Of a stretch of 64,000 nt of DNA, positions 47,280 to 56,982 are shown one piece after another (within the stretch, counting starts at the first letter, position 1; every line of letters begins with the position of its first letter). The notes below the pieces were generated by a model, which had not been told where the DNA came from, did no database searches, and was given only the letters and a program-made list of their open reading frames with translations. The stretch comes from a virus (Duplodnaviria; Heunggongvirae; Uroviricota; Caudoviricetes). The position numbers and the translations under genes are program-made. The DNA is taken from positions 1 to 64,000 of IMG/VR virus record IMGVR_UViG_3300032286_000505. The stretch is one strand, 5' to 3'.

Positions 47280-49346
47280 ATGTTTAAAAAGCTCTTACTT
47301 AATCCTTGGACTGCATTGTTCACCCTCGCACTAGTTCTACTAGTTAGATTCATTGATCCCTCATTTGTAGAATCAGTTCGACTTAGGTATTTTGATCAAT
47401 TAATTACCAGTCAACCCACAAATACTGCTCCCGTACACACAGTCAATATAGATGAAGCTACCTTAGACAAATATGGGCAATTCCCATTCCCTAGAGGAAC
47501 TTATGCAAACATTATTAAAGACCTTTATGATAGAAATGCTGGACTTGTTGTGTTCAATATCCTTATGCCTGAGCAAGATAGGTTTGGTCAAGATAATCAA
47601 TTGGCCCGAGTGTTAGAGAAATATCCTACTATACTCCCGGAGTTGGGAAGCATATCAGGAAAGAACAAAACATTTGGTTCTGCTGTACAGGTAATTGGTC
47701 AAGATCCTGGCGGTGCACTAGTCGACTATCTAGGCATTATTGCCAACGTCCCTGTTTTAGAAGAACGTGCAGCCGGCGTGGGCATTGTAAATACCTTTCC
47801 TGAGATCGACGGTGTTGTTCGTCGTATGCCGTTGCTTATTATGAGTAACAATACTGTGCATCCTAGTATAGCATTAGAGACGCTACGCATTGCCGCAGGT
47901 GATACAAAGATACAGGTTAAAATAACAGACATGGGCGTAGAAGCTCTACGTGTTCCAAAGTTGAGTAAAATTACTGTAGATTCGTTAAGCCGAGTTTGGA
48001 TTGATTGGGCACAAACTCCTAAAGAACATAGCTTGGCTGATTTGCCAAAAGACTTTAACGGTGAAATTGTTATAGTAGGATTAAGTGCAGCAGGGCTGGT
48101 TCAACCAGTTGCTACTGCCCGTGGCGAGGTGTGGCCGCAATATTTGCAGGCCAGTTTGCTAGGCACAATGCTTAACGGCAAGACTATTCAACGTCCGAGC
48201 TATGCAGATGATTTAGAAATTGTTGCCATCTTACTAGCAGGCGTTGCTTTACTGTTATTAACAAGGTGGACTTATGTTGGACTTGCCGCAGTGGTTGTAT
48301 TGGTTGGTGGTGGTGTCGCTGGCAGCATCTATGCTTACAGCAATTTTTTATGGTTATTCGATACTACTGCCTTTGCAGTTGGCACAACTTTGGTCGCTTT
48401 GCATGCCTATGGCGTCAAGTTTGTAAGTGAGTTCTTACAGAAGTCAGCAATCAAAAAACAGTTTGGAAGTTATGTGAATCCTGTTATTGTGGAGCGCCTA
48501 CAAAAAGATCCTAGTTTTATCAAATTGGGCGGTGAGAAAAAAGACCTTACAGTTATCATGAGTGACATGCGTAACTTTACAGGACTAGGTGAAACCTATG
48601 GTGACGACGTTGTAGCATTTACACAAACCATGAACCGTTACATGACTGCCATTGCGGAGCCTATCCTACGCAACAACGGTTGTTTGATCAAATTCATTGG
48701 TGATGCGTCATTACACGTACACGGTGCTCCTATTCAAGAAGAACAAGATCCTGACCACGTGTTGGCCGCTGTTCGTACTGGTTTAGAAATGTTACACGCC
48801 GTTGAACTGTTTAACATTGAACTTACCAAAGAAGGCAAACCTTTGGTAGGTTGCGGACTAGGTATCAACACAGGTCCTACACTAATTGGTAACATTGGTA
48901 GCAAAGACCGTTTTGGTTATGACGTACTAGGTGACAGTGTAAGTCTTACTGCTCGACTAGAAGGACAGACCAAGAATTACGGTGTGTTGATTATCATCAG
49001 TGAATTTACACAGGCTAGAGTAGGGGACAACTATTTTACAATCGAACTTGATAACATTGCTGTTAAAGGTAAGAGCATTGGAGTTACTATCTACACAGTG
49101 TTCTACAATCCAGATATCACAGTGGCAGCAGATTGGATCATGGCTCGTGATATGCACAATGGTATGTTGACTTATTATCGTCAGCAAAAATGGGATCTTG
49201 CCATTGAACTATGTCAAGAACTTACAGGAGAGTTTGATGGTAAGATGGATGATTACTATACGCTATGGCAAGAACGTATTGCTGAAATGCGCTCTAGAGA
49301 TCTTCCTGCAGATTGGGATGGTACTTACAGGGCTACGTCAAAGTGA
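47280..49346 (+). CDS. CHASE2 sensor domain, TM helices, class III adenylate/guanylate cyclase
   Basis: N-terminal TM then periplasmic CHASE2-like domain; three TM helices; cyclase core KDLTVIMSDMRNFTGL...FIGDASL...LGDSVSLTARLEG. Confidence 0.75.
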   Translation: MFKKLLLNPWTALFTLALVLLVRFIDPSFVESVRLRYFDQLITSQPTNTAPVHTVNIDEATLDKYGQFPFPRGTYANIIKDLYDRNAGLVVFNILMPEQDRFGQDNQLARVLEKYPTILPELGSISGKNKTFGSAVQVIGQDPGGALVDYLGIIANVPVLEERAAGVGIVNTFPEIDGVVRRMPLLIMSNNTVHPSIALETLRIAAGDTKIQVKITDMGVEALRVPKLSKITVDSLSRVWIDWAQTPKEHSLADLPKDFNGEIVIVGLSAAGLVQPVATARGEVWPQYLQASLLGTMLNGKTIQRPSYADDLEIVAILLAGVALLLLTRWTYVGLAAVVVLVGGGVAGSIYAYSNFLWLFDTTAFAVGTTLVALHAYGVKFVSEFLQKSAIKKQFGSYVNPVIVERLQKDPSFIKLGGEKKDLTVIMSDMRNFTGLGETYGDDVVAFTQTMNRYMTAIAEPILRNNGCLIKFIGDASLHVHGAPIQEEQDPDHVLAAVRTGLEMLHAVELFNIELTKEGKPLVGCGLGINTGPTLIGNIGSKDRFGYDVLGDSVSLTARLEGQTKNYGVLIIISEFTQARVGDNYFTIELDNIAVKGKSIGVTIYTVFYNPDITVAADWIMARDMHNGMLTYYRQQKWDLAIELCQELTGEFDGKMDDYYTLWQERIAEMRSRDLPADWDGTYRATSK

Positions 49347-49439
49347 TGGAAGATATCTTAGATGAATATGCCAGGCTTTTTATCCTGGCATATTATTGGC
49401 CTTATTTTGTTTTAGGAAACGCTGACAACATTAAAGAAA

Positions 49440-49796
49440 TTAATCGTCTCCGGCAGAATCCTTAATTTCTTCTCTAGTTGCTCTGCGTTTGTGTCCGATC
49501 GACGTATCATTTTCTTCTGAAACTTTGTTAATCTCATGTTCAGCTTTGATACGCTCGTACTCAATAGTCTTGCCGCGTAGTTCCATAACCGTCTCTACTT
49601 TCTGGTTTAATCTGATAAGATCGTTGTCTAACATACGAATACGATCAATAAGAGCAATGAGGGTTCCGTTAGCCTGTCCTATGACAGGTTTAATCTCTGT
49701 AGTAACCCAGGTCCACACGTAGTAGATGAAATAGCCCATGCCGCCGGCAGCAACAATAGGGAAACCGTACTTGTTTACTAATTCTACCGGATCCAT
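49440..49796 (-). CDS. small TM plus coiled-coil protein (paralogue A; holin/XhlA-like?)
   Basis: N-terminal TM KYGFPIVAAGGMGYFIYYVW then coiled coil; paralogue of 50121..50396. Confidence 0.4.
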   Translation of the reverse strand: MDPVELVNKYGFPIVAAGGMGYFIYYVWTWVTTEIKPVIGQANGTLIALIDRIRMLDNDLIRLNQKVETVMELRGKTIEYERIKAEHEINKVSEENDTSIGHKRRATREEIKDSAGDD

Positions 49797-49802
49797 TATT
49801 TG

Positions 49803-49979
49803 TATCCTTTTATAAATTTTATTAACGGATCAACCCGAACTAATTCAACTTGCCCGTCTTTTTCTTTAACTTCAAAGTAGTCACCTTTGTTCCATTCGAG
49901 TTTTTTAAGAGTTATTTCTCGGTCAAGCAGTATTCTTTCTTTAGAAAGATCTAGATCATAGTCTATATATTTCATCGGG
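49803..49979 (-). CDS. small hypothetical protein (58 aa)
   Basis: Unlisted ORF MKYIDYDLDLSKERILLDREITLKK... sits between the two paralogues. Confidence 0.25.
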
Positions 49980-50120
49980 CATTTTCCACTGTGTTAAGAA
50001 TAAGATAGACCTGTTGATAAGCCTTTTCAATCATTTCTAACTGTTCTTCGCTTAATTCGCTCTGTTCAAAAATTACTAAATCTTTTGCCAGTTCAGTCTG
50101 TAGTCGCTTAATTGCATTCA

Positions 50121-50396
50121 TTAGTCTTTCCTTTGGTCTACTTGCTCTGCTCTGCTGATTCGATCATAGTCGGGTTGTAACCCTAGGGCGTGACTTACCT
50201 TAACATCAATACGTTGCAGTTGATTAGTCATAGTATCAACTCGACTATCTAATCCTTTAATAATTCCGCCCATTCCGTTGACACTACTAGTAACACCTGC
50301 CAAAATGAACTTCAGTGTAAGGAAAACAAAGTAGCCAGCAGCCATTGCACCAGCTATAGGAAAACCTAATTCTGCTACTAATTTTAAAAAATCCAT
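50121..50396 (-). CDS. small TM plus coiled-coil protein (paralogue B)
   Basis: ELGFPIAGAMAAGYFVFLTL TM then coiled coil. Confidence 0.4.
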   Translation of the reverse strand: MDFLKLVAELGFPIAGAMAAGYFVFLTLKFILAGVTSSVNGMGGIIKGLDSRVDTMTNQLQRIDVKVSHALGLQPDYDRISRAEQVDQRKD

Positions 50397-50461
50397 AGTT
50401 TGCTCCCAATACAGCTATATTTACTGAGTAATATAACTATCGAAATATTGGTAGATAACTC

Positions 50462-50490
50462 TTGACGGTTAAATAAACTTAGTATATAAT
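50462..50490 (+). promoter_or_regulatory. sigma70 promoter TTGACG-17-TATAAT
   Basis: 17-bp spacer, directly upstream of tRNA-Arg. Confidence 0.6.
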
Positions 50491-50497
50491 AAACTAT

Positions 50498-50569
50498 CTG
50501 GCGTTAGGTAAATGGATATACCAGGAGCCTTCTAAGCTCTTATTCCAGGTTCGATTCCTGGACGCCGGA
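50498..50569 (+). tRNA. tRNA-Arg (anticodon TCT)
   Basis: Hand-folded cloverleaf: acceptor CTGGCGT/ACGCCGG, D-arm GGTA/TACC, anticodon loop CTTCTAA, T-arm CCAGG-TTCGATT-CCTGG, encoded CCA. Confidence 0.7.
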
Positions 50570-50586
50570 CCAATATAAAAATAACA

Positions 50587-51372
50587 ATGAGCCGAAAATT
50601 AACCGTAATTCTAAGAACCTGCGGAAGGGTGTTTGCACAACACGGTACAAGATACTTAGACAAAACCAAGCCAGAAATTATCAATGTCTGTGTTAGCAGT
50701 CTTATAGACAGTATCAATCGGGTAAAAGGTCATCAAATAGAGCTGTTTGTTCTAGACGATGCTAGCCCAGACGAATGTGCCAGTGATTTGATTAAAATTG
50801 TTAGTCAGTGTAAATTTCCTGCAACTTTTGTCCCTGTGCAAAATGGTAGCGGCAACGCATTTACTATGAAGGAGGTCTACAATATTGTAGAAACTCACTG
50901 TACAGATCTTTGGTACCATGTAGAAGATGATTATCTACATTTTCCAACTGCAATACAGGATCTTATAGACAGCGTAGATCAGTTTGAAGCCAACACAGAG
51001 CAAATGGTAGCCATTAATCCACATGATGACATATGGCGCTATAACATGAATCTCTATAAGAGTTTTATCCTATTAGGACCTTATAGGCATTATAGAACAG
51101 TTGAGCATACTACCTATACTTGCCTTGCCAGTAAAGATATCTACAACAAGTATAAAAAGCATTTTCAAGATGTTGTAACACTTACTGAACAGGGCGCTGA
51201 TTGGGTTGAAGACAAAAGTATCAATCTGGTATGGCGTAAGGATGATGTCATGTTGTTCAGTCCAATTCCCAGTCTAGCACTGCACATTATGGATCCTAGC
51301 GGCAAAGATCCTTATATTGATTTTGATGCTTTATGGAACAGTGTTCCAGAATTGTGGAGGCTCGGTGAGTAA
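50587..51372 (+). CDS. putative glycosyltransferase (GT2-like)
   Basis: N-terminal LTVILRTCGR and ELFVLDDASPDE (DxD-like). Confidence 0.4.
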   Translation: MSRKLTVILRTCGRVFAQHGTRYLDKTKPEIINVCVSSLIDSINRVKGHQIELFVLDDASPDECASDLIKIVSQCKFPATFVPVQNGSGNAFTMKEVYNIVETHCTDLWYHVEDDYLHFPTAIQDLIDSVDQFEANTEQMVAINPHDDIWRYNMNLYKSFILLGPYRHYRTVEHTTYTCLASKDIYNKYKKHFQDVVTLTEQGADWVEDKSINLVWRKDDVMLFSPIPSLALHIMDPSGKDPYIDFDALWNSVPELWRLGE

Positions 51373-52114
51373 AAATATCACACTTTTTATAGCAGACAAC
51401 AGAAATCATGCTCTGGCCAAGTTTGCTATTGAAAAGACTCTAGAGAACATTGACTGTAGAGAAATTATTACCTACAGTGATCGTTCCATTATAGATGGTG
51501 CCAAACATGTACCTCTGAGAAAAGAAATCAATCTATATGACTACAGTAGTATTGTGCTTAAACAACTATGGAGCCATGTGGAAACTGATCATGTGCTGAT
51601 CATTCAATATGACGGAATGGCCATAAGGGGAGACCTTTGGGACGATGCCTGGCTACAATATGATTACATCGGTGCAGTATGGCCGTGGCCCATTAAGGGT
51701 AGAAATATGGGCAATGGTGGATTTAGTCTACGCAGTCGCAAACTTATCGATGCCTGTAGAGACAATGCAATACAGTTAGGCGGTGAAAGTGGACAAAACG
51801 AAGACACCGCTATCTGTGTAGAGTTTAGGCCTTACTTAGAAGAAAAATATAGTATTCAATATGCATCCAAAGAAACTGCTACCAAGTTTAGTACGGAAAA
51901 TTACTTTCAAGGAGCTAGCTTTGGATTCCATGGTCTATGGAACGCTGCTAAATTCATGAACAAGAAAGATGTTGAATTCATAATGAATCACATACAGCCC
52001 TACACATGGAAAGATGCTAGTAAAACTCGAGTGTGGATACAGATGCTTATGGAGAGAGGATTTGACGATCTTGTTATGCAGACAATAAAAATACTCGAAA
52101 AGGCAGATCAATGA
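51317..52114 (+). CDS. DUF5672-like protein (glycosylation-associated); start may be GTG 51365
   Basis: GGFSLRSRKLIDAC and WDDAWLQYDYIG blocks shared with 61125..62009. Confidence 0.45.
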   Translation: MILMLYGTVFQNCGGSVSKNITLFIADNRNHALAKFAIEKTLENIDCREIITYSDRSIIDGAKHVPLRKEINLYDYSSIVLKQLWSHVETDHVLIIQYDGMAIRGDLWDDAWLQYDYIGAVWPWPIKGRNMGNGGFSLRSRKLIDACRDNAIQLGGESGQNEDTAICVEFRPYLEEKYSIQYASKETATKFSTENYFQGASFGFHGLWNAAKFMNKKDVEFIMNHIQPYTWKDASKTRVWIQMLMERGFDDLVMQTIKILEKADQ

Positions 52115-52965
52115 AGATATACGATTGTTTTACTTTTAATAACGAACTAGACCTGCTGGAACTTAGGCTAGAAGAAATGTCTAGCAGTGTTGATTATTTT
52201 GTTGTTGTAGAAGCAAACCACACTTTCCAAGGATCTCCCAAATCTCTGCACTTAAAGAACAACTGGGACCGATACAGCAAGTGGCACAATCAAATTATAC
52301 ATGTCGTGGTCGAAGACATGCCTAATGACGGTAATGCTTGGCACAATGAACACCACCAGAGAAACAGTATCATGCGCGGTTTGGTTAGTGCTGCTGATGA
52401 CGATTTTATCATTGTAGGAGACGTAGACGAAATACTGCGAGCAGCTACGGTAGACTCTCTAAGAACAGATCCTAGGGACCTGGTAGGATTTAGAATGCCC
52501 TATTTTAATTTCCGGCTAAACTATATGCTTCTAAAGGATAAAGAAACTTATCACGTTTGGACCGTGGGCAGTCGTAAAAAATATCTAGTTCCTAACCCAG
52601 AAAGTTTTAGGAATAGGCGCTTTGGCTTACAGGGACTCAGTTACGGATTTGACGACGGTCGTACACAAGTCTGCGAACATGCTGGATGGCATTTTACCTA
52701 TCTAGGCAATACAGACTGGGTCCGAGACAAGATACGTAGTTTTGCTCACAGCGAATTGAACAGACAGGATGTTCTGGATCAAATTAATGTGGAAGACATG
52801 ATGAACAAGGGCGTGGGCTTTAACCCACTAAATCCTTTACCTTTTATCAAGGTAAAATTAGATGACTACTTTCCTGCGACATTGATAGCAGACACCATTA
52901 AATACGCAGATTATATCACAACCGGCGGAACTGAATCTGCCAGAGAATACTTACCGAAAGAATAA
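52111..52965 (+). CDS. GT17-like glycosyltransferase (bisecting GlcNAc transferase-like)
   Basis: IYDCFTFNNELDLLELRLEEM...DYFVVVEANHTFQG N-terminal signature; paralogue of 60128..60943. Confidence 0.55.
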   Translation: MKIYDCFTFNNELDLLELRLEEMSSSVDYFVVVEANHTFQGSPKSLHLKNNWDRYSKWHNQIIHVVVEDMPNDGNAWHNEHHQRNSIMRGLVSAADDDFIIVGDVDEILRAATVDSLRTDPRDLVGFRMPYFNFRLNYMLLKDKETYHVWTVGSRKKYLVPNPESFRNRRFGLQGLSYGFDDGRTQVCEHAGWHFTYLGNTDWVRDKIRSFAHSELNRQDVLDQINVEDMMNKGVGFNPLNPLPFIKVKLDDYFPATLIADTIKYADYITTGGTESAREYLPKE

Positions 52966-52967
52966 AA

Positions 52968-53516
52968 ATGGAACACTTTTTTCAAAACATACACGGATGG
53001 TTTAACTTCATCAGCATTTACAATTATGTAATAGAGGACGGAGAAGACGGAGATCACTTTGTCGAAGTAGGCGCTTGGAAAGGACGTAGTGCTGCTTACA
53101 TGGCTGTAAATATTGCCAATAGCGGCAAGAAGATCAAGTTTGATGTAGTAGATACTTGGCAAGGTAGTGAAGAACACAAAGATGACGACAGTGTAAAGAA
53201 TGATAATCTATACCAAGAATTCTTAACCAACATGGAACCTGTCAAAGACTATTATACACCCTTGCGAACGACCAGCTTAGAAGCTGCTGCCCAGTACCCG
53301 GACGACAGTCTTAGCTTTGTATTGTTGGATGCAAGTCATACATACAACGACGTAGCAGCAGATATAGAAGCTTGGTTGCCAAAAGTCAAAAGCGGCGGCA
53401 TCCTTGCAGGAGATGATTATCATCACACATGGCAAGGCGTAGTCGATGCTGTTGACGAACTACTACCTGATGCGGAAATTATCGACAATGTCAGCTGGGC
53501 CTACAGAAAGCCATGA
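52968..53516 (+). CDS. class I SAM-dependent methyltransferase (Methyltransf_24-like)
   Basis: VEVGAWKGRSAAYMA glycine-rich SAM loop; LDASHTY; GGILAGDDY. Confidence 0.55.
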   Translation: MEHFFQNIHGWFNFISIYNYVIEDGEDGDHFVEVGAWKGRSAAYMAVNIANSGKKIKFDVVDTWQGSEEHKDDDSVKNDNLYQEFLTNMEPVKDYYTPLRTTSLEAAAQYPDDSLSFVLLDASHTYNDVAADIEAWLPKVKSGGILAGDDYHHTWQGVVDAVDELLPDAEIIDNVSWAYRKP

Positions 53517-54328
53517 ACATATTAATCACAGGAGCTGCTGGATACATAGGACAACATCTTATCAAGTATCTAACTTCTGTTGATTATAACATTGATACCT
53601 TAGATATTTTAGATTCAGCTAATCCTATTGACATTAGGTCGTTGCCTAAGATTAAGAAAGAGTATCATACTGTGATACATCTTGCCGCGTTGGTTAGAGT
53701 AAATGAATCTGTTAAACACCCCGAAGAATATTACAAAACAAACATAACAGGCACTCTCAACATTCTTAACCAAATTAACTTTAAGAATTTTATATTTGCC
53801 AGTACTGGTGCTGCCGAACACTGCAACAGTCCTTATGCACTCAGTAAACGAGCAGCTGAAGATCTAGTCAGCAGCATCTGTAACAGAAATAGCATAGACT
53901 ACACAATTTTTAGATTTTATAACGTACTGGGCAGTGATGGTCCTGCACCTACAAACACAGATGGTCTTTTTTACAATTTAATCAAAGCAGAGTCGACAGG
54001 GGTGTTTAACTTATATGGTACAGATTATTGTACCAAAGATGGCACCTGTGTTAGAGATTATGTGCATGTTAACGAAATATGCAGTGCTATCATAAAAGCA
54101 ATAGACTCACCGTCAAACAGTGTAGAAAACTTAGGACATGGCACTGGATGGACAGTGCGAGAAATCATCAATACTTACAAACAAGCAAATCTTGTTGACT
54201 TTAAAGTTAATGAATTTCCTCGCAGGACGGGCGATTTAGAAATTAGTGTGCTAGATCGTCCGTCTAAGTATATGGAAACTCTCTATACAATAGAACAACT
54301 ACTAACTAACCCCTCATTAAAATTATGA
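53513..54328 (+). CDS. NAD-dependent sugar epimerase/dehydratase (SDR)
   Basis: ILITGAAGYIGQHL Rossmann motif; catalytic YALSK (Y-x3-K). Confidence 0.75.
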   Translation: MNILITGAAGYIGQHLIKYLTSVDYNIDTLDILDSANPIDIRSLPKIKKEYHTVIHLAALVRVNESVKHPEEYYKTNITGTLNILNQINFKNFIFASTGAAEHCNSPYALSKRAAEDLVSSICNRNSIDYTIFRFYNVLGSDGPAPTNTDGLFYNLIKAESTGVFNLYGTDYCTKDGTCVRDYVHVNEICSAIIKAIDSPSNSVENLGHGTGWTVREIINTYKQANLVDFKVNEFPRRTGDLEISVLDRPSKYMETLYTIEQLLTNPSLKL

Positions 54329-55170
54329 ACGAATTAACCATTGTATGGAATAGAGCTAGATCTGCCAGTTGGGAAAGCACTTGGATAGAATACCTTTTTC
54401 GAAATATTCCTCACAAGACTATAGAAAATTTAGATCGCTCACAGTTTATAGACAACAGTATAATTGTTGAAAGTATCTGCTGGGCTCCGCACCATAACCA
54501 GTATTGTCAAGACCTGCATGATCGTGGTCTTAAATTTGGTATCATACATTTAACAGACGAAAGCACTAGAGATAATATTGACAGCTATCGACATGCAAAA
54601 TTTGTTCTACGTAATTACTATAGAGAAGGTCTGCCAGAAAAAGTCTTGAACATTCCCTTGGGCTATAATGACAACTTTACGGACCTCACAAATAATCTCA
54701 ATTCTAGAGAAAGAAAATATCTTTGGAGTTACGTAGGGGAACGCTGGGACCAAAACAGAAACGTCATGGCGGGTGCCATGCGAACTGTCCCTAATGGGAA
54801 CTTGTATGTTGTTCATCATACCGGACCTAGGATGAGTGTAGTTGATATGAGTCGCATGTATCGAGACAGCGTGTTTGTGCCTTGCCCTAGAGGCGCAATC
54901 AGCATGGATAACTTTAGAGTGACAGAAGCACTAGAAGCCGGCTGCATCCCTATTGTAGAACGTAGTGACTATTGGGCAAAAATGCACGGTCCTAATCCCC
55001 CTTTGATACAAATTGGCAATTGGCAGGAGGTGCCAAATATCATTGCTGACCTAGCCAATGATCCAGCACGTTTAGAAATGGTTAGATTAACCTGTAAACA
55101 ATGGTGGGAAGAAAGAAAATTACAGCTAACAGATCAAATAGAAGATCTAGTAGCATCAAGAATGGGTTAA
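54325..55170 (+). CDS. exostosin-like (GT47-like) glycosyltransferase, paralogue 1
   Basis: C-terminal FRVTEALEAGCIPIV resembles the exostosin motif; paralogue of 55860..56696. Confidence 0.4.
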   Translation: MNELTIVWNRARSASWESTWIEYLFRNIPHKTIENLDRSQFIDNSIIVESICWAPHHNQYCQDLHDRGLKFGIIHLTDESTRDNIDSYRHAKFVLRNYYREGLPEKVLNIPLGYNDNFTDLTNNLNSRERKYLWSYVGERWDQNRNVMAGAMRTVPNGNLYVVHHTGPRMSVVDMSRMYRDSVFVPCPRGAISMDNFRVTEALEAGCIPIVERSDYWAKMHGPNPPLIQIGNWQEVPNIIADLANDPARLEMVRLTCKQWWEERKLQLTDQIEDLVASRMG

Positions 55171-55171
55171 T

Positions 55172-55876
55172 ATGCAATATAGTCAACTTATAACACAAAG
55201 CGATAAATTCTTCTGGCACGGATATATTCCTTTTTACGAACAATTCTTTAAAGATAGAGATTTCAAAAGCATTGCTGAGATCGGTGTTTTTAAAGGAAAC
55301 AGTGTTCGTTGGCTGATGGAGAGATTCCCTAATAGCAAAGTACTGGCAGGAGATATTTTACCTGTACAGGACACCTGGCCTCAAGATACTAGGGTAAGTT
55401 ATATTCAAATGGATCAGTCTCAGGCAGCTGATGTTGATACTTTTTTTGGAAACAATTCCTTTGATCTCATCATTGATGATGGTAGTCATATACCAGAACA
55501 CCAAGTTACAAGTCTAGTAATCGGGTGGAATAACTTAGAATCAGGTGGCGTCTATATTCTAGAAGACATTCATACTAATCTTGGGCATGACAAAGGCACA
55601 GCAATGAGCGCTTTGATGGCCATAGACCATTGCCTGCGTACAGGGCTACCGTTTAACTTTGATAAAATTACCAAAAATAACTATATGACTGCACCAGATG
55701 CAGCCAATATTGTTGGAAGTCTAAAGCGAGTTAGCTTTTTTAGACGTACACAGTTGCCCCTAAGCTGCCATAATTGCGGCAGCACTGACTTCGATTACAG
55801 TCAACTTCTTTGTAGTTGTGGTGTTGATCTATTCAGCGCCACTGACAGTATGACCTGTGTTATTGAGAAAATTTAA
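55172..55876 (+). CDS. class I SAM-dependent methyltransferase (Methyltransf_24-like)
   Basis: IAEIGVFKGNSVRWL and IIDDGSH motifs. Confidence 0.5.
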   Translation: MQYSQLITQSDKFFWHGYIPFYEQFFKDRDFKSIAEIGVFKGNSVRWLMERFPNSKVLAGDILPVQDTWPQDTRVSYIQMDQSQAADVDTFFGNNSFDLIIDDGSHIPEHQVTSLVIGWNNLESGGVYILEDIHTNLGHDKGTAMSALMAIDHCLRTGLPFNFDKITKNNYMTAPDAANIVGSLKRVSFFRRTQLPLSCHNCGSTDFDYSQLLCSCGVDLFSATDSMTCVIEKI

Positions 55877-56696
55877 TCAATTCGTTTGCAATACGATTAA
55901 TTAGGTTCTGTTTGTAGTTTTGCCACCAAATTAACGTATCAAATCTGCGCTTTTCTAGGGCAAGTTTGTCCTGCAATAACTTGTTAATCATGTCGGGTGC
56001 CTGGTCCCAATTCTCGATCATAAGTAACGGATGGTCAGGACCATACAATTGTGACCAATAATCGCTAGCCTCTACTATAGGCAGTGCTCCTACCTGTAGA
56101 GCTTCGTTGACTCTTAGTGTGTCAAAACTCATATTTCCTCGGCTGCAAGGCACAAAGATGCTTTTACTATAGTATTCAGCCATTTCTATGCTGGTAATAG
56201 CAAAGGAAATATGACTGGGAATATAGTAGTAAACACCCATAGGCACAGACAGCATGGCATCTGCCATATGCTTACGAGTAGGCTTGCCTTCAATGTGTCC
56301 AAAGAAGCTCCAGTTGAATTCGCGTTCAAACACTGTACGGTCTGGAATGTCAGTAGGACTGTCCTTCATCCAACCTGTGCTGAAGTTGATTACATTGGGA
56401 CCGCAATCTTTGTAATAGGTTCTCAACACTAGATCCGCATACTGGTAAGCTTCTGTACTGTCCACTAGCCATTCATCGGACAAATGTACTAACACAAACT
56501 TTTTTCCTTGACTGTGCAGCCGTTTGAGATAGGCTAGGTTATCAACTGTGCTGTTATAGACAATGATAGATCTATCTTCTTCTAGTTGCAGAGCATGGTC
56601 CTCAACTGTTTGGTGAGGTACCTTTTTAAAAATGTATTCAATCCAGTCTCGACTCCAATCAACGTGTCGATCTACTTGCCATATTAGTTTAATCAT
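55860..56696 (-). CDS. exostosin-like glycosyltransferase, paralogue 2
   Basis: LRVNEALQVGALPIV; convergent with the + strand cluster. Confidence 0.4.
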   Translation of the reverse strand: MIKLIWQVDRHVDWSRDWIEYIFKKVPHQTVEDHALQLEEDRSIIVYNSTVDNLAYLKRLHSQGKKFVLVHLSDEWLVDSTEAYQYADLVLRTYYKDCGPNVINFSTGWMKDSPTDIPDRTVFEREFNWSFFGHIEGKPTRKHMADAMLSVPMGVYYYIPSHISFAITSIEMAEYYSKSIFVPCSRGNMSFDTLRVNEALQVGALPIVEASDYWSQLYGPDHPLLMIENWDQAPDMINKLLQDKLALEKRRFDTLIWWQNYKQNLINRIANELIKFSQ

Positions 56697-56771
56697 ATGA
56701 GGTATTTATAGACTAGTAAAAAGTACTAAAAACTTTTTGATCAATTTGTGGCAAAATTACAACAATAATTG

Positions 56772-56800
56772 TTGACAAATATAAATAGTTCAAGTACACT
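56772..56800 (+). promoter_or_regulatory. sigma70 promoter TTGACA-17-TACACT (tandem 1 of 3)
   Basis: 17-bp spacer. Confidence 0.5.
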
Positions 56801-56865
56801 AGCTGTATGGTTAGATAGTGATGTAAAGAAAGACCCTACAATTTGCTCAAGTTTGCAAATAAGGG

Positions 56866-56894
56866 TTGACAAGAGAACTAAATAACTGTACAAT
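56866..56894 (+). promoter_or_regulatory. sigma70 promoter TTGACA-17-TACAAT (tandem 2 of 3)
   Basis: 17-bp spacer; shares AAATAACTGTA spacer text with tandem 3. Confidence 0.55.
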
Positions 56895-56953
56895 AGAGAC
56901 TAGTTAGGAAGAGAAGTTGTTAAAAACTTTTTGTTCAAAAGAATAAAAAGAGG

Positions 56954-56982
56954 TTGACAAGGATGCTAAATAACTGTATAAT
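56954..56982 (+). promoter_or_regulatory. sigma70 promoter TTGACA-17-TATAAT (tandem 3 of 3)
   Basis: Perfect consensus. Confidence 0.6.
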
